Source: Amoebidium appalachense
Lineage: Eukaryota; Protista; Ichthyosporea
Assembly: GCA_963693365.1 (NCBI GenBank)
Contig: CAVNZM010000001.1
Location: 9,812,907 to 9,876,906, forward strand
Length of the DNA: 64,000 nucleotides
Direction of reading: 5' to 3'
Below are positions 26,753 to 38,160 of the stretch, one piece after another. The notes under the pieces are model-generated. The model did no database searches and was not told where the DNA came from. It saw nothing but the letters and a program-made list of their open reading frames with translations. Numbering within the stretch: the stretch's first letter is position 1; the number at the start of each line of letters is the position of its first letter. The position numbers and the translations under genes are program-made.

Positions 26753-28830
26753 TTATCGCGGGGCGTAAAACGTCCAGTAATATCTCTCATCTATTCGATT
26801 CTGGTTCAACGTGTAATGATCTCCATTAGGGGCGAGTGCACGGCCCGGGGCAAGCCAAGTGAAATTCTCGGGGGCATTTACGTGGCCATCATCAGCTTCA
26901 TGTGGGGGGCGGGGAGAGCGAATGGGTGAAGGAGATCTGGGTGGCGGTGAGGGGAAGCGAATAACTTCTCGGCGTGCACGTTTATTTTGCCTAGGGGGTG
27001 TGGGCGATCGGGGTGCAGCGGGTGGTGGCGGGGAAGGTGCAGGATGCGGGGTAGGTGGCCGAAACTCGGCATCCTCAGGCAGATCTTCCTCCTGTATCGG
27101 TTGTGCGTATGCCTGGGCATCGATGCGTACAGCTTCAGCCTGTGCGTGCTGTATGTGTGGGGCGGCTTGTGGGTCGGGTTGTATCGGAATAGCGGGCTCG
27201 GGAGGCAAAGTATCTTCAAGCGGGCGTGCGGAACGTTGCACGTACGGTTTCAGACGATCATGGTGTATGGGGTAGTTAGTAACTTTGCCTCTCGGTGTGA
27301 TTAACTGATAGGCGTGTGCGGTACCTGGCCACAAGCGACCTACTCGGTAGGGTCCTTGCCAGTGGTGTGAGAGCTTGCCCGAGCGATAAAGTTTGGAGGC
27401 AGGAGTGTATACCCACACGCGTGTGCCCGGTGTGTAGAGGCGGGGCGGTTGCGTGCGTGTGCGGTCAGCATACTCTTTCTGCTTTGCGCGACTTTGCCGT
27501 AAATTCTCTTGTGCTTGCGCGCGTGCATATTGCAACTTGGTGAGCATTTGTTCGACATATGTTTCTTCGATGAGTCTCTCAGCAGCAGGGTCAGCAAACG
27601 GTAAATCTGTAGGTATGCGAGGGTCGAATCCGTACAACAAAAAGGCAGGTGTGTTACCACGGCTGGCATTCAGCGAAGTGCGGAGCGCAAAAAGGGTGGT
27701 AGGTAAATAAATATCCCAGTCCATTTGGTGTGAAGAAACATACATTTTTAGCACATCAATAATGTCTCGGTTGATTTTCTCCACAAGGCCGTTGGATGCG
27801 TGGTGGTAGGGAGGGAGCACAATGCGATCGATATTCAGGAGGCGGCATACGTCAGTCAGTACTTGGCCGGTAAAAATACGTTCTGTGTCGCACAGTATTT
27901 TTTTCGGAAAGCCGTATCTGCAGAATATATTATCAATTAGGCAGCGTGCGAGTACATCAGATGCTTTCGATGGCAAGGCAAATGCTTCAACATAGCAGGT
28001 AAGGTTATCGACCACCACAAGTATGCATGTGTTTTTATTGAACGATTCCTTATTTGGGAAAAGTATGTCCAGCGATAATTCTTCAAACGGCTGGGCAGGT
28101 AGGCGGGATTGAAAAGGTGCAGTGGGATTTACACGTGGTCTGCGTGCACCGTGGCATGTATTGCAGGAGGCGACATAGTGTTTGGTATCTGCGTACATAT
28201 TTGGCCAATAGAAACGCTCGCATAACTTGTGGTAAGTTTTCGAAAAGCCGAGGTGGCCACCAAAGACATCATCGTGGCATGCTCTGAGCGCATCTTTCTT
28301 AAATCCTTTGGGCACAACAATTCGAAATTGAAGGTTATTCTTAAAGCCGGGGCGTGTGGGCATATTCACCTTGTATAACGTATCGTTTTCGTATATGTAT
28401 TGGTCTCGCTCGAGCACAATGCGCCTTGCTAACTGTTCATTTTCCTCAGGCAGTATATCATGTAGCAAGTAATTGATGATTGGCTTAATATCAGGGTCTT
28501 GCTGCTGCGCTTCTTTAAGTGCAGTCGGGTCAATCACTGTGTAGGAGGGAATAATTGCAGCAATTGTGTGTTCACGTGTGGGGTGTACGGGCGGGATATA
28601 TGTGTGGGTTTCTGCGGTGAGCGTAGCATCCGAAGGTGCAGCAGTGAGATCGGGGAGATCCGGTTCCGGCCATTCAGAAGGGAAACCATTTAGCGGGGTG
28701 GGCATGGGTGAATTTGGCGGGGCAGGTGGGCACGTAGGTGAGGGTGGGCAGTGGGGTACAGAGGCGGCAATCACATTCGGTGCGGCTGTTGCAACGTGAG
28801 TGGGTGGGGGCGGTTGGGGGGGGGTGGGTG
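26753..28830 (-). CDS. Gypsy integrase region of pol
   Basis: HHCC zinc finger (HDDVFGGHLG...CNTC); D,D35E core (SLDIL, LCDTE, NGLVEK); GPY motif (WQGPYRV); no chromodomain. Joined to RT-RH through a frameshift in the G-run near 28800-28830. Confidence 0.93.
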
Positions 28831-30696
28831 GGTGCTGTGGGTACGGCAGCGGGAAATTTTGATTGTCGAGAGAGTGCGTCTGGTACCACATGTAGGCGAC
28901 CCGGGCGGTGCACAATATCAAAGTCATACTCGGTGAGTTGCAGTGCCCAGCGTGCGAGACGGCCAGCGGGTTCTTCTTTTGTCATGAGGAAACGTAGTGT
29001 GTTGTGATCGGTGATAACGGTGAAACGTTGGCCATATACGTACGGGCGAAATTGTTGAATGGCGTGCAGCACAGCAAGACATTCGAGTTCGGTGGGTGCA
29101 TAGTTTTTTTCGGCACCGTGTAGCGCACGGCTTGTGTATGCTATCGGATGTTCTGCACCGTCTTCATGTATTTGGTATAGCACAGCACCTATTCCACGCA
29201 TACTGCCATCACACGCAATGTAGAATGGAAGATTAAAATCGGGGTGTGCGACAATGGGGTCTGAAATAAGCACCTGTTTCAGTGAATCAAATGCTTGCTG
29301 GCAATCATCTGTCCATTTCCACGGTGTGCCTTTTACTAGTAATTCACGGAGGGGGGCGGCTGTCTGCGAAAGCTGAGGGATAAGGCGGCGGTAGTGATTC
29401 ACAAAACCAATGAATGCTTGTATGTCTTTCACATTCTGCGGTGTGGGCCAGCTTTTTACCGCGTCTAGTTTCTGTGGATCTGCACGTACACCGTAGCCAG
29501 AGACTAGGTGGCCGAGATATACAACCTGAGATAACGCCCATGCGCATTTTTCCAAATTTAGGCGCACACCGTGTTGGGCTAAGCGATCGAACACCAGATT
29601 TAAATGTTGCAGATGCTCTTCAAACGTTTTGCTGTATACGATAATATCATCAAGGTAAACAGCAGCGCATTTCCAGTTCAGACCATGCATGACGATATTC
29701 ATTAAGCGTTGGTAAAAAGCTGGGGCATTAGTTAAGCCAAAAGGCATAGCAACAAATTGAAAGTGACCTTCTGGGGTAGTAAATGCAGTGTATTTTCGAT
29801 CTTCGGGCGCGATTAAGCATTGCCAATATCCGGATTTCGCATCTAGGCATGTGAAATATTTCGCACCGGACAGAGCATCGAGTGCATCGTCCACTCTCGG
29901 CATGTAGTAGATCGTGCGCTTAGTCTTATTGTTAATTTGGCGAGCGTCATAACATGTCCTTAGCTTATTGGTGTTTTTCTTTTTAACGATTACGATTGGA
30001 CTATTGTATTCGCTCGTTGACGGCTCGATGACACCATGTTTCAGCATTTCCGAAATTTCTTTCGCTATCACTTCTCGTTCGATGCGTGCGTAGCGTCTGA
30101 ATTTTGCTGTGGTGGGTGTGTCATCTGTGAGAATAATGTGGTGGAAAATACCCATTGCTTCTGTCATAGACCCCACAACTTGTGTATTCGTAAGTTCGCG
30201 GTACTCGGAAAGTAGTTGCACAAGTCGAGCGCGGTCAACGGGGGGGCAAATGTTTCATATCTTTTTCTCCTAGGGCAACAATCTCTTCATGCGTCATTGT
30301 GGTGCGTGGATCAAAGAAAAGTGTGTCATTTTCACCTTCATAGTCAAATTCCATTGGTCGGTTATCATGCGCGGGGTCCAATCCGGAATTTTCGAAACTT
30401 CGGAAGTTTTGGGGCGGGGGCACATCTTGGCGTGTTTTGGTGCGGGCGTGTGTGGAAGCAACGACTTTGGGCAGCGGAATATTGTACCGCATCTCTGTGT
30501 CTGGGCCTGGAGGAGGGGTGGTGCTCCATTGATCATGTATAGCGTCTAATAGCGCTTGTTGTTGCGGGGTGGGGTTGTTGGGGTCTATATCCACAAGTAA
30601 ATCAGGTATAGGTAGCACACTTTCAACTTCACCTGGTGTAATGTAACCCATGAGCTGACGTTTGCTTAATTTAATTGGGTGGTTTGTGAGATTCAT
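28830..30696 (-). CDS. Gypsy reverse transcriptase and RNase H region of pol (with upstream linker)
   Basis: LDAKSGYWQ, MPFGLTNAPA, YLDD, ACDGSMRGIGAVL, ELECLAV, TDH, PDALSR. A frameshift lies at the G-run near 30240. Confidence 0.95.
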
Positions 30697-31769
30697 CATC
30701 AGCAAAGATCACCCCCCATCCGAAACCTGTCCTGTACGACTTTAGGACGTCCTATCGTCGTTAATATATCTAAAAGATAGCTTAGGACGGGTTTAGGATA
30801 ACCCGGAATTTCAGGATGGCAAGGCGTCTGAAACACATCCCATATATATTAAATACGTCTGGCATGGATTCAAGACAGTGGACATCTTAAAGACGTAGTA
30901 AAGTCGTCTGAAAAGATGTCATACAGACACCTGGAAGTGCACTTATACCCATCAGCACAAGTCCGGATGTCCTTAACCCCCCTTTAAATTGTCCGATGGG
31001 TTGCGGATGCATACGGGATATATTAAAGACGTCTTTCGAATTTTCTGGTCTATTACGTCTTAAAGATATCCTGGACGGATTGAGGACATATTGTTATCAT
31101 CCCGGAACATGGTGTAGTTAACAGATGTCCTAAAGACGTCTGCACTCATTCTACAGGATGTCTATGAGAGATACCGATACATATTATATAGATGTGTGTA
31201 AGATGCATTATACACGCAAGTAAGTTGACACAAGGCGCTCGTGGGATGGGCGTAGAGATATGTTAAAGATGTAGTGCGGAGATCTTAGTACAATCTTTAT
31301 CCTCTCTTAATCCCGTATGGCCATGCAACATTTGCGAAACGAACTGATTGCGTTAGGATGTGCACAGGATGTCGTCAGGATATATCACAGCTAGGCAGTG
31401 GATCATCTAAGGAGATCTTTGGAGAGTTCTTTTGTAGCACTATTGGCCATCCCAATTATATCTTCAAGACAGGCCATGTCTGTGCATGTGATATGCTAAC
31501 GCAATCTTAGGCAAGTATTGGTGATACCTTTCTGCGATCTTCACGCCCTATTTGGGGTAGCTTAAAGATGTTCAGAGTTGCAATTAGGTATTGTGTTAGG
31601 ATTACTTTAGGACCTCTTTAAGGGTTTAATGGGATCGATTTGGATGATCTTTAAGTGTTCCCTGGGATACAAAAGCAAAGCACGTATCGCTAACGAGCTC
31701 AGCCACGGCCTCTTTACCACCCTGTCAATGCCGATTACCCAGGACCACGTTCCGTGATGCGAGGGTTAG

Positions 31770-32159
31770 CTCAATATATACGGCGGGAAAAGGGATTGCG
31801 CATTTGACTTCTTCACCCACCTCCCAAGCTACGACCCATGCGCGTCGGAAAACATTCAGAAAGCAGACAAAGAACGTAAAGTGTCTGCTAAGAATGCGTG
31901 CGCCACACGTTGTCGTGTACGCATCAGCAAGGCAAAAGAGTTCCTCGCAAAGTTGGAAAACGATGCTACGAGCGTGATAGACACGGACACGAAGGAACCA
32001 ATGTTTTCTGGTGAGAAACTGCTCGAGCGCAAACGCCGATGCGAGATGGAAATCGAGCTCTTCTGCGAACTGTTCGCGCTGGCGGAAGGTCGTGCATACG
32101 ACCCCGTAAGCGACAAGTGGGAACCAACCCCACAGGTGTCGGACCAAACCGATGCCTAA
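31770..32159 (+). CDS. Probable 3' remnant of LINE ORF1
   Basis: Open frame ending at TAA 32159 and overlapping the ORF2 ATG (32152) by 8 nt; charged and helical; no clear start codon or recognised domain. Confidence 0.45.
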   Translation, partial: LNIYGGKRDCAFDFFTHLPSYDPCASENIQKADKERKVSAKNACATRCRVRISKAKEFLAKLENDATSVIDTDTKEPMFSGEKLLERKRRCEMEIELFCELFALAEGRAYDPVSDKWEPTPQVSDQTDA

Positions 32160-35100
32160 TTTATCCTTCTTCTTCTGGAATGCTCGGACACTGGGCCCCC
32201 AAAAGGGCCTCCCCCCCGGGACACTCGACGATAAAATCAGCTACATACAACAACAGACAAACAACCACACGTTTACAGTGATTTGCGAAACACAGTTTAA
32301 AAACCACCACAAATTCAACTCTACATTGGTCGACACATCCACACACCCCGGTTACGCGAAAAACCGAGGCATTATTGTACTTGCCGCACCACACGTGAGA
32401 GTGAAGTGCAAACCGGTAGCAAAAACGGAATTCTCGGTTTCTATAGAGTTTCTTTCTAATGTTTTTACTTTTGTATATTACCCACCATCTATGTCGGTTG
32501 TCGAATTGACTCACGAGTTGTCACAGTTACCAATGTCCACTGTTATTTTAGGTGATTTTAACACGCGACTCCACCACACAGACACACTGCAAGTGAGTGT
32601 CGGGTACCCATCTAAGCCCCCGGAGCGTGCTATCCCTTTAGCAAGGTATGTCCAAAGTCACACTTTGCGGTTCCCTCAAATATCCCATGCCCACAACACC
32701 GACTGCGGAGTGGCCTTTTGGCCATCAACCATGTCAAAACTCTCTCTCCCTCCTAACCTCTCTAGGTCATCTGACCACTCTCCTATCCTTTTCCTACCTA
32801 AGATCTCCCTTGATCTGCTCCCCCCTCCCCCTCCCACCTTTCGCCTCCGTCTATCCCAGCTTAAGTCACAGTGGGGTAGAGTTGATGTATGTGTATGCTA
32901 TGCTACGAAACACCCTATATATATGCGCCTATTAGAATCTGCACAAGCCAGGCCAGATTCACATCTCGTACTAGATACATGCACTAACTTTATTGTTGAT
33001 GATTTGATAGATCTCGGTGATTATGCTGGCGGTGGTAGGAAGGAATACCCCGATGCTCTCTTGTTACCAAACACCACTCCCGCTAGACTAGGTGAACCCC
33101 TGTCTCAAAAGGAAAGCTTGCGCCGGCTTGCTAGTATGAATCGATTTGGCCCCCCTGCTCGTATTATTGGTGATACCACTGGAGACCCCCTCATAGACTC
33201 TGATAAGTATTTCTCGGAACTGTTTAAAGATAGGACCCCCGCTCAGAAACCTATTGTGTGGCCTGTAGACCCATCTATCCCCATAGAATCGATCCTCCCC
33301 TTTTTCAGTCCCGATGCCATATGGTCTGTGATATCTAGTTATAGCTCTAGTAAGTCTTGTGGACCTGATGGACTCCCTGCTGGGTTTCTTAAAATCCTTG
33401 TTCCCTCCTACCCACAAAAGGAAAGTGATCGTGCTATTAAACCTGATCTTACTATCATGTTAAGCTCTCTCTTTTCTTGGTGTGTTAAATGTGGACATGT
33501 CCCTGTCCCGTCATCTTGGTTAGATACCTTAGTGATCCCCATAGTTAAGAAGGACTCTGAGGGCCCCATATCATCCTTTCGCCCCATTACACTAACCCAG
33601 GTTGTTCGTAGATTCTTTGAAGCTTGCTTACTTAGGTTATTTGCACATCACCCTAGGTTTCAATCTATTCTTCACATACACCCATGCCAATCCGCTTTTC
33701 GTAAAAACAATTCATGTTATGTTCAAATAATGGCACTGCACGATTCTATGCAAGTTGGTGCACAATATGTTGGCTTTATTGATTGGAAAACTGCTTACGA
33801 TTCTGTCTCCCCTGGTCTCCTATGGGAAAAGCTTGCTGCACGGGGTGTACCACACTGCATTGGTGTTCTGTTAGAAGCACTCTTGTCTCAAACCTATGGT
33901 AGAGCTGTGGTTAATGGGCATCTTTCATATGGTTTTGCTCGTACTAGAGGTCTCTTGCAGGGTTCATTGCTTAGCCCCTTTTTGTTTAACCTATTTATAG
34001 ATGATTTGGCTGTCAAGATTTACGCCGAAAACGATGACCCTATTAATAACTTTCCGCCTGCACTTCTCTATGCTGATGATCTGTCCCTCCTTGCCCGTAC
34101 CCCTAGACGCCTGCAAAGATTGTTCGATGTAGTGTCAGAGTGGTGCAAGGCAAACCTTATGATCCTTAACATAGACAAATGTGGTGTTCTTGTACCTGAT
34201 ATAGCTAACAATTTACACACATTTACATTATCATCTAAACCTGTACCTATAGTTCCAGAATACAAATATCTTGGTGTTCCGGTTGATTCTGTTGGTGTTA
34301 TGTTTCCCCATATGGTCGAAAAGAGGGTAGAGTTGGCTCGTAAGCGGTTAGCTTTCTTCTCGGCTAATATTTTTAAAGACACACCCCTCCATCCTTCTAT
34401 TAGACTTACATTTATTCGCACTTTTGTCTTCCCGGCATGTGAATATGGTTTACCCCCTTCTCGCCGCTTGGATCAAGAAAGAGAGAACTAGAGCGCTTAA
34501 ACCCTTGGCAAATTTCCTTGAAGCAGAAGTTGCCTCCTTTCTATCTAACAACTGTTGTAAACCTGGGCCTGTAACGCTCTCGATATATGGTCTGGTCCCA
34601 ATAGCTGCTAGAGTATCCTATCTCGCGCTGAAATTCAATAAGCACATAAGCCGCTTAAAGAAGTATTTGCCCTCCCACCCTCTCTTCTCTATCCGACCTG
34701 TCCCCTCCTCACCTCTCCCCCTCTTTCCTCCCCTCTCTCTCCCCTTCTCCCCTGGGCACAAATACAAATAAACCCCGCAATAGTGTGTGTGTGACTTTGG
34801 ACTGCCACTTACTTATTAAACATGTACACAATCACAAGATAATCACGCAATATAACAAATGGAAAAAGATACCACACGACACTAGACCCGATGAAAGCAT
34901 ACACCTTGAAAAACTAAGCCTTATGTCTCGTTTTATATATACTGACCGCCTCAACCATATTGCCAAATATGGCACTCGCAAGTGTATAACACCTAAATAC
35001 ATATTACCTTCCTGTAGAACTGGTCTTTCTCTAGCTGATGGTATTATTGATCAATTACCACGCTTTTACTGTACACGTGCTATACAGTGGAGATCTAATA

Positions 35101-35354
35101 AGTATAAGGTGGCATCATTTGCATGCCCAAACAACACACACACACACCAGTTTAACCGGTCATGTATCGCCAAATGTAGTTTGATAGACCACATAATACC
35201 GCAACACACACACGTCACATTCACAACAGACACCCAGAAAGATAGCCTACCTGTAAATTACAACATCCTTGATTTTATACTAAACACGCGTAACTACGAC
35301 CTGTTTATTAGATGTATTGATTGGCTTGAGAAACACATCACTACAAAATTATAG
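32152..35354 (+). CDS. Non-LTR retrotransposon ORF2: APE endonuclease, reverse transcriptase and Cys/His C-terminal region (two frameshifts, near 34455 and 34770)
   Basis: APE motifs FWNART, VICET, LGDFN, SDHSPI. RT motifs KSCGPDG, FRPITL, IDWKTAYDSV, GLLQGSLLSPFLFNLFIDDL, YADD, YKYLGV. Followed by (CA)n and A27 at 35462-35488. Confidence 0.95.
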
Positions 35355-35358
35355 CGCA

Positions 35359-35425
<67 letters not shown>

Positions 35426-35457
35426 CCAGCTGATACCGAGTGTCCCGAGGGGAGCCC

Positions 35458-35488
<31 letters not shown>

Positions 35489-35489
35489 C

Positions 35490-35686
35490 GGGGGAACCCC
35501 AACTAATTGATTTCTCCTTGTAGTCTTTATGGTGTCTCGTAGAGAAAGTAAACCCTGATATATAGTCACCACCCGACATCTATGTACGTGATCATGATAT
35601 ACCGCTGAGGGGATATTCCGAGCAAAACCCCCCCCCCCATACCTGAGACTGGTTCTCTTTGCCTCGAGTAAACAGCGTAAACCCCA
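35490..35686 (+). repeat. ~200-bp dispersed repeat; second copy on the - strand at 57010-56884 plus 50142-50070, split by Copia
   Basis: GGGGGAACCCCAACTAATTGATTTCTC...CCGCTGAGGGGATATTCCGAGC...CAGCGTAAACCCCA is the near-exact reverse complement of the joined Copia flanks and contains ATATC once. Confidence 0.93.
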
Positions 35687-36689
35687 TAGATTACTCCAAC
35701 GTTTTTGATTGGTTGTTTTTTAGGATCGAATTTCACACAGCATTCACATTGAAGGCGTCACAAGGTCACGCTTTTATTGAAACATGAAACATGAAGGCGT
35801 CGCGCAGGTGCGTGCGAGATGATAGCCAATGGAAACAAAGATTTACTGGAGGAGTGCAAAACAGAATCCGAAGCACTGTTATCTTACAATCATGATCCGT
35901 ATAATGTAAGTAAAACTGGGGCATTCAACTGCCAAATACAGAAGTTTTAGTTGTAATAATATTTAAGGTACCTATAAATTAGGCGAGATACTTTGGCAAA
36001 CGGTGCAATGCCTGCGCGGAGCAAGTGGCCGGTGCGTTGAATTTACCCTAAATAAACACATTAAAAAATAAAAAATAAAAAAATGCACAAAAAACGCAAA
36101 AAAACGCAAAGATATATATCGCATACCTTACGAAGCTCCTAAGAATATCCTCACGCTATACTAGAGCTATACTTACTATTCTGTCAGTACGTCCTGAATA
36201 AATACGCCAACCATACCTGAAACTGCAGTGCGGATCGCCGACCATAAAACTCCTTACACCCCACCACCCTAAGATACACTCCCTCCTCACCTTCTTGCAG
36301 TCGAATATAGCAGCTGTTCAAGTTGTATGGGAATATTTTTCTTTTCACTGGAAGAGGCAGATCTCCCCGTGGAGTCCCCCGTGCTTCAGCAGGCGTTAAG
36401 CCCGCTAGGAACAACTGCAGCTGTAGCGGCAGGAACTTAAGGCAATTGCCACGTCCTTCAAGCCTGGGGCTGGGGTCGAAGTTCCCTTCTGATGCAAAAT
36501 AGGCATCCAGCTTTGCAAGGTGCAGGCCTTTCTTATCCTGCAAGCCTGTGTTTGGGACAAAAGGATTCGAGTAGATCAGAGTAATCTTCCGCAGCGCAGC
36601 GGCGGGCCCGCCGGGGAGAGGGGGGGGGGGGGGGGGGGGGTGAGCCATCACGTTTGATGCCTCCCCCCCCCCCCCCCCCCCTCCCCCCC

Positions 36690-36730
<41 letters not shown>

Positions 36731-37260
36731 TTTCCCCCCGTCCATTCGGAGGGTTTTGGCAGATATTGAGATTTTAGATTTTTCTTCTTGAAATTCCCCG
36801 ATCACGTCCCCCCGTCCGTCGGGAAAAAATCCTATGGACTCCCCCGTGTGTACTTTGCATTAACGTACCTTCCCATTGGGAAAACAAAAAAAACTGCATC
36901 GAAATCCGTCCATTCTGAGGGTTTTTGCACGTTTCAAATCCCTCCACAACACATGCACACTATAGAATGACCCCCCCCCCCCCCCCTCTTGGACCCCCCC
37001 TGATGGGCCCGGCAAATGCCCGTGGGGATGTGTGGGTGAACGTGGGCACTCCCCCCCAACCCCAACTACGTTTGGTGGTGAGAAAGTCAGCTACTTGCTA
37101 AAGGAAAGGGTGTTTGGGTTTTTTGAATACGAAGGCTGGTACGTTGCATGCGGGACTGGAGAAAACACTGAAATCCCCCGATCATGCCCCCCCCCCCCCC
37201 CCCCCCCCCTCCGTCGGGAAAAAAATTCTACGGACTCCCCCGTGTGTACTTTGCATTAAC

Positions 37261-37707
37261 ATGCACACATGCACACACACGGTGCATCCCCCCCCTCCCC
37301 TTCCCTCTCAACTGAGCACATACACACACACATACATGCGCACACACACACACACACACGCACACACACACACACACGCACATGCACACATGCACACATG
37401 CACGGACACGAATCCCCCCCCTTCCCCTTCCCTCTCCACCGAGCACATGCACACATGCACAGACATGCACACACACACACACACAACACACACGATGCAC
37501 ACAGACATGCACACACCAACACAAACACACAACACACACACACGCACGCACACACACACACACACACATGCACACACACGGTGCATTTCCCCCATCCCCT
37601 TCCCTCTCCACAAAGCACACACACACACACGTGCACACATGCACACACACGGTGCATCCCCCCTCTCTCCTTCCCTCTCAACTGAGCACATACACACACA
37701 CATACAT

Positions 37708-37745
<38 letters not shown>

Positions 37746-37947
37746 CACACACACATGCACACATGCACACATGCACGGACACGAATCCCCCCCCTTCCCC
37801 TTCCCTCTCCACCGAGCACATGCACACATGCACAGACATGCACACACACACACACACACACCACACACGATGCACACAGACATGCACACACACACAAACA
37901 CACAACACACACACACACATACACTGTGGCACACACACATACACACA

Positions 37948-37983
<36 letters not shown>

Positions 37984-38115
37984 CACACACACGGTGCATT
38001 TCCCCCCTCCCCTTCCCTCTCCACAGAGCACACACACACACACGTGCACACATGCACACACACGGTGCATCCCCCCTCTCCCCCCCTTCCCTTTCAACTG
38101 AGCACATACACACAC
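37261..38115. repeat. Complex CA-rich tandem duplication (~370-410-bp unit, ~2.2 copies)
   Basis: GCACACATGCACACACACGGTGCATCCCCCC...TCAACTGAGCACATACAC recurs near 37261, 37631 and 38044. Confidence 0.85.
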
Positions 38116-38160
38116 AGACATGCACACACACACAACATATGCAGACATCCACACATCAGA

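Noticed and set aside
24980-36192. Shared GTCAGTACGT 10-mer (24980-24989 on -, 36183-36192 on +) as the far end of the 200-bp repeat element
   Set aside because: The adjacent sequences are unrelated and a 10-mer match is plausible by chance.
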